Source of the DNA: the human T2T-CHM13v2.0 reference genome, Homo sapiens
Strand: one strand, 5' to 3'
DNA length: 64,000 bases
Assembly (NCBI RefSeq): GCF_009914755.1
Contig: NC_060926.1
The number at the start of each line of letters is the position of its first letter. Positions within the stretch are counted from its first letter, which is position 1. A program made the translations under genes and the position numbers. The notes under the pieces were generated by a model that was not told the DNA's origin, did not search any database, and was given only the letters and a program-made list of their open reading frames with translations. Below are positions 44,910 through 60,352 of the stretch, piece by piece.

Positions 44910-46310
44910 AAATGACACTGAGAGCATCTATGCATATGCCTACTGTCTGTTGGAAAATTTCTATTCAGATACTTTTCATATTTTTGAATTGTCTTGATTA
45001 TTGAATTGTAACAGTTCTTTATATATTGTGGATACAAGTCCCTTATCACAAATATAACTGACAAATATGTTCTTGCATGTTGTGTGTTGGTTTTTTTCAC
45101 TTTATTTTTGATAGTGTCTTTTAAAGTATAAAGTTTTTAATTTTGATGAAGTCCAACATATTTATTTTTTCTACTGTCACTTGTGCTTTTGGTGTCTTGT
45201 AAAAAGGCTTTGACTAACCCAAGAACAAGTAGACTTACTCTTATGTTTTCTTTTAAGAGTTTATAGTTTTAGTTCTTTCATTTGGGTCCATAATCCATTT
45301 GGCATTAATATTTTAATATATAGTACATGAAAGGGGTCCAACTTTATTCTTTTGCTAGTGGATACACAGTTATCCCAGCACCATCTGTTGAAAAGACTAT
45401 TCTTTCTTTATTAAATTGTCATGACACCCTTTAAAAATCAATTGAACATAAAAGTCAGGGTTTAATTCTGGGCTTTCAATTATATTCCAGTGACCTATAT
45501 GTCTATCATTATACCAGTATCGCCCTGTTTTGGGTACTGTAGCTTTGTATTAAGTTTTGAAATCAAGAACTGTGACTCCTTCACTTTTGTTGTTCTTTTT
45601 CAAAGCTGTTTTAAAAATTCTGACTACCCTGAATTTCCATGTAACTTTTAGGATCAGCTTTGCCTTTTCTGAAGAAGAAAAATGGCAGCTGAGATTGCCT
45701 TGAATCTGTAGATCATTTGGGATAATACTGACATCTTAACAATATTAAGTCATCTAGATCCATGAACATGGGATGTCTAATTCTTTAATTTCTTTCAATA
45801 ATTTTTGGTAGGTTTCAGAGTACCATTTTTTTACCGCTTATTTTCTTAATTTCTAGATGCAATTATAAATGGAATTCTTAATTTCATTTTTGTTCACTGC
45901 TAATGTATAGAAATACAATTGATTTCTGTATATTGCTATTATACCTTGCAAGCTTGTTGATCTCATTTATGAATTCTAATACATTTTGGTGATTCCTTAG
46001 GATTTTCTATATAGAAGATCATGTCATCTACAAATAGAGATAGTTTTACTTCTTTCCCATCTGGATGCCTTTATTTCTTTTTCTCGACAAATTGTCTTGG
46101 CTAGAATGTCCAATACAAAACTGAATAGTGAAAGCAACATTCTTGCTCTGTTCCTCTTTCACCATTAAGATGTTGGCTGTGGTTTTTACATAGATGCCCT
46201 TTCCCATGTTGAGGAAATTTCCTTTTTATTCTTAGAGTATTTTATCACTAAAAAAAGTGTCAGATTTTGTCAAATGCTTTTTCTGCATCTACTGAAACAA
46301 TCATGACCTT
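44910..46310 (-). mobile_element. L1M ORF2 remnant, minus strand
   Basis: ttttgatgaagtccaa...cccagcaccatctgttgaaaagact...attttgtcaaatgctttttctgcatctactga. Confidence 0.9.
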
Positions 46311-46349
46311 TATACCAAAATCTGACAAAGACATTACAACCCTACTCCC

Positions 46350-46692
46350 GGGTTAGTCAGCTCAGGTTTCTATAACAAAATACGATATAGACTGGGTGGC
46401 TCAAATAACAGGAATTTATTTCTCACAGTTCTGGAGGCTGGGATGATCGAAATGCCAGCCTATTCAGTTAGCTGGTGAGGGCCTTCTTCCTCACTTGTAG
46501 ATGGCTGCCTTCTCACTGTACTCCCATCAAAGAGAAAGAGTGAACTCTAGTTTTTCCTTCTTCTTCTAAGAGGGCCCCACCCTCATGACCTCACCTAAAC
46601 TTAATTACTTCTCAAAGGCCTCAGTTCTGAATACCATTGTGAGTTAGCACGTCAACCTAAAAATTTTGAGGGAACACACACAGTCCATAAGA
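46350..46692 (-). mobile_element. MLT1A-like MaLR LTR
   Basis: agactgggtggctcaaataacaggaatttatttctcacagttctggaggctggga. Confidence 0.85.
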
Positions 46693-46919
46693 GCCCCCCA
46701 GAAAAAAAAAGCTAATAGGTCTCATAAACACACATCCACAAATCAACAACGCAATTAAGCAAATCAAATTTTGCATAGTAAAAGAATATATCCTCCATAG
46801 ATAACATAAAACTCCATGAAAAAATGGAGTTTATCATAAAAATGCAAAGACAGGTTTAAGATTCAAAATCTAATCAATTCAATTCACCATATTAACAAGT
46901 GTTAAAAGAAAATACAAAT

Positions 46920-47231
<312 letters not shown>

Positions 47232-48032
47232 AAAAAGAAAATACAAATGATTCACCCTATAGATGGCAAAAAAAAATATGAAAACATTCAACATTCACAT
47301 GCAATATAATAAAAGCTTTCAGTATACTTAAAATAAAAGGGAACTTGCTCTACCTGATATGGTACATCTGCAAAAAACTTAGAGCTAATATCACACGTAA
47401 CAGTGAAAGTCTGAATGCTTCCTCCCTGGGATTAGAAACAAGGCAAGGATGTTCACTCTCACCGCTTCTATTTAACACTGCACTAGTCTGTGCAATGTAA
47501 ACAGTGTCCTACTCTGTGCTTTAACACTGTCCTCATCTGTGCTGTAGAAAAAGAGAAGTAACAGACACTAATATTGGATAGGAGTAACTGTCTTTATTTG
47601 TGATTAACAAGATCATATATAGAGAGCATCCTGAGGAATTCACACAAAAAAAGTCAAAAGCATTAATGATTACATTATCAAGGTTCAATATGTAAAAATC
47701 AATTCTAGTTCTGTATAGAAACAATGACAAACTGTAAATTTTTTAAATAGCATTTTCAATGGCATTCAGAAATATAATTCACGTCCTATTCACCTAGGAC
47801 AAATTTAATAAAAGACACAAGAGATTAGCACACTGAAAACTACAAAACATTACTCAGAGAAATGAAAGAATAACTAAATTGAGGTATACTATATTCATGG
47901 TTTAGAATAATTCAATCATTTAGATGTTAATGCTCCCCAACCAATCCACTGAATTCACACAATGGAAATTAAAATTCCCAGAAGTATTTTGTAGAAATGT
48001 ACAAGCCGATTCTCTAATTGATATGGAAATAG

Positions 48033-48498
<466 letters not shown>

Positions 48499-48717
48499 AT
48501 GATTAGTTGATTTTTAACAAAATTTCAAGGTAATTCAAAGGAAAAGAACAGGTGGATATAGAAGAGAACAAACCTTGATCCTTACCGCACACTATATATA
48601 AAAATTAACTCAAAACAAATCAGAGACCTAATGTAAAAGCCAAAACTGTAAAACTCTTGGGAGAAAACACAGAAAATCTTTTACAACCTGGTATTAATCA
48701 AAGATTTCTTAGACATT

Positions 48718-48802
48718 TGCCGGACGCGGTGGCTCACGCCTGTAATCCCAGTCCTGACTGGGCAACAGAGCGAGACTTCATTTCAAAAAAACAACAACAA
48801 CA
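48718..48802 (+). mobile_element. Internally deleted mini-Alu
   Basis: Alu head fused to Alu tail; TSD atttcttaga(c/t)att. Confidence 0.9.
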
Positions 48803-49927
48803 ATTTCTTAGATATTACCAAAAAAAAAGAAAGAAAGAAAGCACAGACCACCAAAGAAAATGTTGATAAACTACACTTACTCTACAGACCAAGAGAAAAC
48901 ATCTAACAAGAACTTGTATCTAGATATACAAAGATATAAAGAACTATTGTAACTGAATGACAAGAAACAATCCAACGTTTTTTAATGGACAAAAGATTTC
49001 ATCAGCTATTTCACAAAAGAAGTTATATAAATGGCCAATGAATAAATGAAAATATCAACATCACTGGTAATCAGAAAAATGCAAATTAAAACCACAAAGA
49101 GATACCAGTATACACCCAATAGAGTGTCTGAATTTAAAAGAATTATACCAAGTGCTGGCCAGAATGTGGAGCAACTAGAATTTTTTCATATATTGCTAGT
49201 GAGTATGATACAATCACTGAAGAAAATAGTTCTTCAAAGCAATTTCTTACAAAGTTAAGCATAAACTTACCATATAAAACAGTAATTTTACTATTGAGTA
49301 ATCAACCCAGAAAAATTAAAGCCTATTTCCACAAAGGCTCGCACCTTGAATGCTCATGGTAGTGTCATTCACTATAGGCAAAAAAACCTGTAAACGCCCC
49401 AAATGTTCATGAACAGATACATGGATAAGCAAATTGTGAGCACATTTATACAATAGAACACTATTCTTTACTGAAAGGAACAAACTAATGACACATACAA
49501 TAACATAATAAGCCTCAAAAACATCATGCTCTAAAGAGTATATAATGTATAATTCTATTTATTTGAAACTCTGGAGCAGGCAAAACGAATTCACAGTGAC
49601 AAAAATCAGATCATTAGTTGCCTGGAGATGAGAATGAGGGAGGAGTGACTACAAACAGACACAAGGAAACTTTTGAAGTGATGGAGATGTTCTGTACCTT
49701 GATTGTAGTAGTAGTTACATCAATGTGTAAATCTGTCAAAACATTAACTTGTACATTTAAAATAAGCACATTTTACTATATGCAAATTATACCAATAAAT
49801 ATGATTTAATTAAAAAGAAGTAACATTCAGCCATTTGGAAATAGCATCATTCCCCAAAGATACAATAAAAGACAAATCAACCTAACTACAGGTTTAACCC
49901 CTAGGTAATAAATCTTTCATTGTCTTT

Positions 49928-50930
49928 TATCATTCAATCAATTATGCATTAAGTGCCAACTGTGTGCCAGAAACGACTCCAAGTCTGATGGCACAGGAGT
50001 AAACAAAACATAAAATACTTTGCACTCATCAAGCTTTCATTCTGAAAGAAAAAGGTCATAAAAAGTAAAGCAAAATATACAGTAAGTTCATCTGGCAAAG
50101 AGCAAATGAGAAACATAAAGTAGTTGCAGGGAGAGGGACATTTTAAATAAGATGGCCAAAGAAGGTCTCACTAGAGATGCAACATCTCAAGACCCAAGAA
50201 AGATTAGGGAATAAGTTAAGCAGTCACCTGGGGGATGAACATTACAGGCAGAGGGAACAGCAAGCGCAAAAGCCCCAAGGCCAGCTATTCCAGAAACAAT
50301 ATGGTGTCAAACAGGAATGGGGGGTAGTAAATGGAGTCAAAAACTGAGGTATGAATGAAGGTTAGGTAGAGAGTCCAAAAAAGAGGTTGCAAAGGGGGCA
50401 ATATCATATACAGCCTTATAAGCTACTACAAAGACTTTACCTTTTACATTAAGTGAGAAAGAAAACAAATGAAGCTTTGAAGAACGACAGGATTTAACTT
50501 GTTTTAACCTAAATATTCTGGATACTGCATTGAGACCAGACTGATGTGCTGGGTTTCAGGTTGTGAGAAAAAGCTGAGAGACCAGTCAAGAGGCTACTAA
50601 AATAATCCAAGTAAGAAATGACAGTGGCTTTGGCCAGGTAGTAGTAGAGGGAGTGAAAGGTGATAAGATTCAAATTCTAAATATATTTTCATGGTAGAGT
50701 TAACATGAACTACTGAGACAAACTGTGAATGTGAAAGAAAAAGAAGAGTCAGGGATGACTCCAACGTTTTTGGTTTGAGTAACACCAATGGACTTAGATG
50801 GCGAAGATTAAAGATGAAACAAGTTTGGGTAAAAAGATCAGCTCAGTTTTAAGTATTTGAAGATTTATATTCCTTTAAATATCCATATGGAGATGTCATA
50901 AGACAGCTGGATATGTGTCTAGAGTTCAAA
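49928..50930 (-). mobile_element. L2 LINE remnant
   Basis: cattcaatcaatt...tgtgtgccag...agagggaacagcaagcgcaaaagccc...agagtcagggatgactcc. Confidence 0.85.
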
Positions 50931-52216
50931 GAAATAAAGATTTTTTTTTTGGCAAGTAAATCACTGGATATGATGGTATGTGTGTACGTGAAATTTTTAG
51001 GAAATAATCCATATTTGATTTTAATATATCAGGGCTTCAGCACTGAGACTAATGGATTGTTTGTGTGTTTTCTGATTTACATAAATCCATACAAGTCTGC
51101 TAGGCACTTCACACCTTTATTTTCACTTTCACATCTGAAGTATAGCAATATGGATAGATAAGGTGTGTATTTAAGATAATAACATGAACAGACACATTCC
51201 TGGAGCCATAGCTATTTAAAAGTGACACTAGCATCAAGATACTCATTCTTATTCTAGAGAGAGCTTTAAAAAACAATCACTTGTTATGAAACTAATTGCT
51301 CTGCCAAGTGCTTCTTAGGATATGTAAAAATCATCATCTTCTCTACATTTTACTGTTTTAAATCAGGGAAAGTAATAGGCTTTGTGATTAGACTTAGAAG
51401 TTTGGTTTTGATGCTTATAACCATCCAGGTACTAAAGTGAGTAACGTTTCCAACTTGATAATGCACGCTATAGCTCATAAAGGAAGACACATTGCGCATC
51501 ACTAGAGAACTGCAAAGATGACATAAAAATACCAAGATTCAACTGGAATTATAACATGGGCAAGCAAGCTTAATTGATGGTTGAAAGCATTATTTAAAAA
51601 GTAAAATTATCATTTTCCAGTGTGAATGAGAATTACTTCTCAGTCACCCATTTCCATGGCTTTGTTTATTCCCTCATGCCAGAATGCCTCTCTTCCTACT
51701 TGATATCCTTTTGTTCTTTCAAGATCCAGCCCAAAGTTGGCCTCCTCCACAGACTCCTCTGAACCCCAGTGGTATTCACTGTTCTTTCCAAATTCCCATA
51801 GTACTGCCACTTACACATTTAAAGTACCTATGTCATTCTGCCATGAATTAACTTCAGCTATTTACACTAAAGCAGAAGCTCCCTGAGGACAGAAAACACC
51901 ACAGCCATCTTTGCCTTTCATGAAATGCCTAGAACAGTACCTTACATATTCTGTTTAAGCACTTACTAAAGGTTTATTCAACTGAACAAAAATCCTATTG
52001 AACTAAAAAACTGGTCAAGTGAACTGAACTCAATGGAATATATGCTTTCAAACATATTTCTCTGGATCTCACTTCCCCATCTCTCAAAACCCCAGATAAA
52101 TTCCATTATTTCTCAGTCACTCTCAAGTGACTTCACAGCAGAGGGGTCATCAGTTACAGCAAGCAAAAAGGTGACCCTTCCATCTTTCATAGTCCCCTAT
52201 TGTGGGAGTTACATTC

Positions 52217-52365
52217 TTTTTTTTTTTTTTTTTTTGAATAAAGACAAGAGTCTCACTATGTTGCCCAGGCTGGCCATAGACTCCTGGGCTCAAGTGATCC
52301 TCCTGCCTCAGCCTCCCAAAGTGCTGGAATTACAGGCATGCAGGCATGAGCCACTACACCCAGCT
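52217..52365 (-). mobile_element. FLAM/AluJ left monomer
   Basis: gtctcactatgttgcccaggctgg...ctcctgggctcaagtgatcc. Confidence 0.85.
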
Positions 52366-52660
52366 GGGAAATACACTCTTAGGCTAACCTCCCATTATCC
52401 CGCCCACAGTCCCTTCACATGGCAAGCAGCCCTCCTTGGCAGGATCCATCCAGATAACTCAAGTCTGGTTACCTCCCACCATGACCACTTGCACGACAAA
52501 AAAAGTCATGCCTTCTTAACCATACAAGATGGACACATGCAGACTCCTCTACCTACTGCTCTCTCACTCAACATGCCATCTCGACTGACGCCAGTCATTC
52601 TCCTCCCCTCCAGGAACAAGTCTATGTTCAAGTGTGCTCCCAACTCTCAGAAATGTTACG

Positions 52661-53024
52661 TGATATGGTTAGGCTTTGTGTCCCCACCCAAATCTCATTG
52701 TAATTGTAATCCCCAGGTGTCAAGGGAGGAACCCAGTGGGAGGTAACTGGATCACTGGGGTGGCTTCCCCCATGCTATTCTCATGATAGTGAGTGAGTTC
52801 TCCTGAGATCTGATGGTTTACAAGTGTTTGGCAAGTTCCTCCTTCACTCACCCTTCTCTCTCGCCAGCCACCATGTAAGATGTGCCTACTTCCCCTTCCA
52901 CCATAACTGTAAGTTTCCTGAGGCCTCCCCAGCCATGCAGAACTGTGAGTCAATTAAACCTCTTTTCTTTATAAATTACCCAGTCTCAGGTATTTCTTTA
53001 TAGCAGTGTGAAAATGGACTATGA
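52661..53024 (+). mobile_element. THE1 (THE1D-like) solo LTR
   Basis: tgatatggttaggctttgtgtccccacccaaatctca...tgtgagtcaattaaacctc; TSD ttacg/tcacg. Confidence 0.92.
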
Positions 53025-53599
53025 TCACGTTTTCTCAAAAACTCTCTGGAAGGTGCCACTGCAGCACAAGGAAACAAGATTCTGCAGCTCATTAAACATC
53101 CAGACAAACTACATATCAATTTACACTTCTGGCAGACAAATCCAAATCCTGGGCTGGAAAAAAAAGGTCCATTTGGGGAGAAACAGGGAAATGTCACAAA
53201 ACTAACTCCCCACTAGATTAACAGCTCCATCGGAATGACACTTTTAATCTCTCTTCTAATTTCTCCTATATGCGGGAAACAGGTGTTGAGGGTGAACCAA
53301 GTCTATTCTCTTTTACTAAGCCCCACATCCCTCTTTAGAAAGCAGGGTTACTTATTACCCTTTGGTTTCAGCTTTGGAGCTTTAGCAAAAATACTGAAAC
53401 AAACAATTCCTAGTCATCATTCTATTATCAAAAGTGTATAATTCCCCTACATTTACCACTTACCTATTATGAGACCTCTCATTTTAAGCAACTCAATGTG
53501 AAATACAGATTTACAAAAAAATGAGGGGGAAAGCTACTGACTAAACATATCAAGGAAAAAGAAAAAAGGAGATTCTTCATCTGGTCATACAAATTTTAC

Positions 53600-53705
53600 C
53601 TTAAAGATTAGTATTATTCATATTTAATTATATATACATTTCATGAAGAGCCAACTGTTTACAATGGAAAATGTCCACATTAGAATTTAGATTAAAACAT
53701 GCTAC
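53600..53705 (-). other. Candidate 106-nt non-coding exon
   Basis: Very strong acceptor ttttcattttcattttgcag|GTAGCA and donor CTTTAAG|gtaaaa. AU-rich, with stop codons. Confidence 0.6.
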
Positions 53706-53919
53706 CTGCAAAATGAAAATGAAAAATTCTGTGCAACCAACCAGGTCAATAACTGCATATCTACTTATCAATAATTTCATATATACTTAATCAATCTTAT
53801 TATCATTAGAGTTTTTTTTTTTTAAATAGATATATCTTTAAAATATACTAGATTTCAGCTATTACATGAAGAATACTCCTACAGGCTCTCTGGCTTTGTA
53901 AAAATCATTTAGTACAAAC

Positions 53920-55218
<1,299 letters not shown>

Positions 55219-56079
55219 CATAAAGTTAATTTTTAAAGTCACATCTGATACCTTACTTCTCGAGGATGGCAAGGATAGCCAGTTAAAGTGTAATCTCTTG
55301 CCCAAAAGCTGAAAATAATATGGATAATAATCATAACAAACTTATAGCCTAAGTCAGATTCTAAATCAGAAATCCAAGTCACCCAGTATCATAAGATACA
55401 AGGATAAGTCCAGCCTATAGAAATATCCATAAATGTTCCCAGAACAAATGGGAACAATCAGCATGTCTTTTCTTGGGAAGCCATTACCTGAACTAGCTGG
55501 TCACCTTTGACCACCATAAGATAGAAATACAACTTCATATTAAAGGTCACTTGTTCCTTCTTATCCAGTATTTTCTCTGTCTCCTGGCAGTCTTTGAGCA
55601 GCTCACTCACATATTTCAGTAACATCTATTTCTAAATCACTTTTCTGCTCTCTCTTTCCAAGTCGTCTCCCTCTTTGAGAAAAACTTTCTAGGACTATTG
55701 TACTCTTGAATAGCCCTCCTACTTCTCACCTCTGTCCAACTGTCTTATTTGTTTGCCTATGATCTGTTTGCCTTTTTACTTTTCTGTATTTTCAAACAAT
55801 TAGAAAAGTATTTTTCACTCTAACATTTTGAGTTCATGATTTCATTCATTTTTACCTGTCCTGTCTTCATTACCACATCCCACACCAAGGTGCCACAGTA
55901 CTCACATTTAAGCTCTGCCATGACACTATCACCTTGGCTGTGCTTTACTTCACTCCCCCTGGGGGACAAATAGCAAAGCCAAATATCCCACATCATTTTG
56001 CTCTATATCTCAAAAAACATAACCAGATCATCTGACTCCAACACCCTACTGCACAGTTGCCTTTTGTATTTAAAAATGC

Positions 56080-56282
56080 TAGCCTAGGCAACATGGCGAG
56101 ACCTAATCTCTACAGAAACTAAAAAAATTAGCTGGGTATTATCACATGCCTGTGGTCCCAGCTTCTCATGAGGCTGGGACGAGAGGACTGCTTGAGCTCA
56201 GAGGTTGAGGCTGCAGTAAGCCATGTTCACATCACTGCACTCCAGCCTGGGCAGAGTGAAACCCTATCTCAAAAAAAAAAAA
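56080..56282 (+). mobile_element. 5'-truncated AluJ
   Basis: agcctaggcaacatggcgagacc...gaggctgcagtaagccatg. Confidence 0.88.
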
Positions 56283-57398
56283 CGCTGCTGCTAAGGCCTT
56301 GTTCCTAACCAAATGGGTCCTTTCCAAGAAGATGATATTTTGTTACAGAGCTGCATATATCTGCTTGTAAAGCCTGTAAACATTTACAGTTCTTATTTTA
56401 ATGAGCTTCATGATACCATTATCCAGTTATCATCCCTGCATCCCAAAATGTTTGGTAGTCAGCTTTGTATCAGATGACTGCTTGAACCAGTCCTCTTTCA
56501 AGTACTTTTCTACAGATTCTATTTGGAGGTGATCCAATTCAGCTTATGATATATAGCAGTTTCTTTGGTAGCTCATGATCACCTGCCCTCCGTATATGAG
56601 TTTTGTACCATGGCATCACTTACACCTGAAAGTGCAGCTATACAATACTTTACTAATAATAAAGGCAACCCATTAGATGGTTGAGTTCTAGTGTCCAGAT
56701 ACAATATTCGCAAATATGTCACTGCTTCTCAAGAAGGCTCCAATGTCATTCTACAACACTAACATGAAGTCATTCGTGTTAAAAGCTGTTAATCTTAAAA
56801 TCTCCCTACATGTATGCTGGCCTTTCAGATTTCTTTTCTATTCACTAATAACTTATCAGACAATCACCAGAAAGAAAAGGTCTCTGCACAAAATGAGCCA
56901 CTAGCTGTATGATTCTCTATTTCAATTCTTACTCTAAGACTTTGTATACACCATTTAACTTGTTTCCTCATAAGGAAATTGGGATAGTTGCACCTGTTTC
57001 AAGATTTTGGAAAGACAGAATTTATGCAAAATGTCTTACTCAATGTCTGGCATACTGGAGACTTACTAAACAGTTCATAATGATAACAAGCCACTGTATT
57101 CCATTGATATACTTACTCTAGCACCCTTTTCAATCCAAAAATAGAGTGTTCATCTATGATCTTACTATCTATCACAACACATTTAGATCTCATTCTCCCT
57201 TTTATACTCCACTCATTTCCCAATGTCTGGAATAGCCTCACTTTCTCCATTCAAAAAATTACCTCTGACTCTCTTTAAAGAAAAGCATTTTAACCAGGGA
57301 TTTTGAGGTTGGAGGGAAAGGTGGTTAGAAAGGGACCCATTTAAATAGTCACTGCTATACTAAAATGAATAAATTGGTATGCAACAAGATCTTCAAGG

Positions 57399-57470
57399 GG
57401 AAGGAAGGAAGGAAGGATGGAAGGAAGGAAGGAAGGAAGGAAGGAAGGAAGGAAGGAAGGAAGGAAGGAA
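57399..57470 (+). repeat. (GGAA)4-GGAT-(GGAA)13 microsatellite
   Basis: Counted directly. Confidence 0.97.
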
Positions 57471-57516
57471 GGGACAATAAAATGAATACAGCAATGTATA
57501 CCTACTACACCCTTAC

Positions 57517-57626
57517 CTTACATTAATTTTTCTCCAAAATGTTTTCTGGAGTCCACGAATGCCAGGATCACTGCCTTCCTCATATCCTATAAATATCACG
57601 ACTAAATGGGTCCTTTGTAAAAAACA
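57517..57626 (-). other. Candidate 110-nt non-coding exon
   Basis: Minus strand: ttttatctttttctccag|TGTTTT...AATGTAAG|gtaagg, with a second donor 5 nt inside. Confidence 0.35.
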
Positions 57627-58230
57627 CTGGAGAAAAAGATAAAACTGATGAATTCTCAAGGCTTTCCAAATCCCAATGTTTTGTCATTTCAGAAAGCAAT
57701 TTATGAGAACTCATCAGACAAGGGAGTGGAGGAGAATAAAGCTAAATACTCTTCTGACCTGATACAAAACTAGTTTTAAACATCTGGATTTTTCTTCTTG
57801 ATTATATTCAATAAATCAATTAATGGCTCAAGAACCATCTAAAAGATGCTTTTTTTTTGCAACTGTGTTCTCTAATTCAATTAAATGGCACTATGCACTC
57901 TAAAATGAACAACTTTTTTATACTCACTCTTATGAGATGGCTCTCAATTTTAATATAGACAGGTAAACTTAAAATAACTTCAAACTATCAATCTATATTT
58001 ATGTATTCATTGGCATTATTATATTTTGAAAATGGTTTGCCTTAAAAGGAAAAACATAAACTGCAATCTACAGTGTTCTATTCATCGTCCCTTTCCCCTT
58101 ATTGAAGGCCTCCAGAAAGGCCACAATGGACTTCTTAAATAGAATGGGATATCAATGTTAAAAACCACGTATTTCTTATTAAATTTACCTTATCTATAAG
58201 GTAAAAAGGTGCCTGCTGCTCTATTTAAAT

Positions 58231-58232
<2 letters not shown>

Positions 58233-58271
<39 letters not shown>
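58233..58271. repeat. (AC)n microsatellite, about 19 units
   Basis: Perfect AC run. Confidence 0.97.
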
Positions 58272-58273
<2 letters not shown>

Positions 58274-59107
58274 TTGTGGTCCTTCCTAAAGTGACTTGTA
58301 TTTGAAAATGGCAAAGCTTTCCAAATATTAATCACAGTAATTCCAAATTCAGTTCTCAAGGTAGTTCAATTATGGCACAATAAATGAATGATGGCATTTA
58401 ATTCAAAATCTCTGAGTTTTAGAATCCAGAACATCCCTTTCATTCCAGATTCAAAAGAGTTTAAGGTATTCAAATGCTACAACACACCTGTCTTTCAGTT
58501 ACAGGCATTGCTTCAATGAAAAAACAGCTTAAAAACCATGAAATGAAATCAATTCCACATAAAGCTATTGTAAGATTCTGATCTCTAATCTGACTTGTAA
58601 ATTAGATGTGTGCAACTTCCACTATCCAGCAACCTGCAGATCTTTTTCCTAGCAGGATGGCGATGTTAGTTGCACTGCACTCTGACCAAAAACATGCAGT
58701 GGTGGCAGTGGCACACTGAAAAATTGAATAGTATATCCTTTGAATAAAGATTTCAAGGTAAGTCATGAAGGAAACTTTACTGTTTGTTGATGAACTGTAT
58801 ATGCTATATAAAAAGTAATCTATGGTTTATATCTAGGCTGTAGAGTTTTTGTTGAATGCTAAGATTTAAAAATGTTGAAGATTCACTGAGGGAAAAAAAT
58901 GGGATTCAACATTGAGAGAATCCATGCACCTCATTTCCCAGCACTGCTTTCAAATACTCTATTACTGGTATAAATAGTATACCAAAAGTAAGGACTCTCA
59001 ACCAAATAAAACATCAATTTGGTTCAGAGAATACTTTGATGTTCCAATTTCTTCTGATTCAATACTTCTAAAAAACAAAAATACATAGGTTTATTTTCAG
59101 TTCATAC

Positions 59108-59152
59108 CTGCTTGCCAAATCATTTTAAGTGAATTTAATTTAGTTGATAGGT
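59108..59152 (-). other. Candidate 45-nt exon
   Basis: Minus strand: taatatttttag|ACCTAT...GCAAGCAG|gtatga; polypyrimidine tract is short. Confidence 0.35.
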
Positions 59153-59756
59153 CTAAAAATATTAATTTATGAATTCAACTGTTCTATGGACACTAACACC
59201 ATACAGTGTGACTCTTTACTATTGAAGAGTCCACTGAAAAGGATGTTTTCCTAGAAAATTCTGAGTATAATAGCTTTTTGCAAATAGAAACATTTTAAAT
59301 ACTCTAGATGAAGGCAAAATTTCAAGAATCCTCCAGGCAAACACTTCCACATGAAAATCATAGTCCTGAAATTAACCCTTTTAGTCAACAGATGTTTTTC
59401 TTTACTGTATTTCCCTTACAGTGAGATAACCCAATACTAAAAGGTGATAACTATATGAGTTTCATAGATATAAGATCTTTAAAGCTTGATTACCAAAGGA
59501 ATTACATTATGGAATGATAATATAATACACATTCCCCAAGTAAAGCTCAAATTTACTTCAACCACACCAACCAATACCACCAAAATTTTTTTTCATTTAT
59601 ATATATATATATTTTTAGTCCTGAAGTCCTTGGAATCATAGTAGGGCTTGGTGCCATACTGGTGTCACACTCTGCCAGTCATCCAAAGAATATGCCACAC
59701 TTCTTTTTCAACTCCTTTGTCTACCAGTGCATCACTGGACCCAGCAGGCGGCTCAC

Positions 59757-59906
59757 CCAGACAATTTCAGTAACGGATTTTGGCTCTCTGTGCATAATAG
59801 ATGGCAATCCTTAGGAAGTATCCAGTTTGTCTCATAGCTGAGAGATTTGAACCTGCTGCAGATGTCACATATAAATTCTTGGATGGATTTTTATCATCAG
59901 TGTCAC
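59757..59906 (-). other. Candidate 150-nt exon with a short ORF (MRQTGYFLRIAIYYAQRAKIRY*)
   Basis: Minus strand: ctgtcttattttatag|GTGACA...TTGTCTGG|gtgagc. All three frames contain a stop. Confidence 0.5.
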
Positions 59907-60010
59907 CTATAAAATAAGACAGTGTCACCAACAGCATCGTCCTATAAAACATCTATTTCAGCACTGCTAAGCTTTCAGCATCATGACTGATAGTAATTTA
60001 TTTGCCTGAA

Positions 60011-60352
60011 AAGGGTCAACAAACTATTGCCTGGGCACTAAAATCCGGCATGCAACCTGTTCTTGTATATCTATGATCTAAGAATGGGTTTATATTTGTA
60101 AATGGTTGAAAAACCAGATTTTTTAAGAAGACTAATATTTTGTGACATGTGAAGATTATATGAAGCTAAATTTCCACTTCCATAAATAAGGCTTTATTGG
60201 AACATGGCTATATTCTTTCATTTAGGTATGCTTCTACAGCTACTTTCAGGCTATAGTGGCCAACTTGAGTAGGTGCAACAGAGTCCATAGGGTCCATAAA
60301 GACTAAAATAGTTACTGCCTGGTCCTTCCAAGGAGAAGTTTGCAAACCCCTG
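60011..60352. mobile_element. MER58B-like hAT-Charlie MITE
   Basis: Terminal inverted repeats agggtcaacaaact...agtttgcaaacccctg; ~340 nt. Confidence 0.85.

Noticed and set aside
52033-52746. Longest ORF in the track (237 aa)
   Set aside because: Runs through poly(T), an antisense Alu monomer and a THE1 LTR; no recognisable domain
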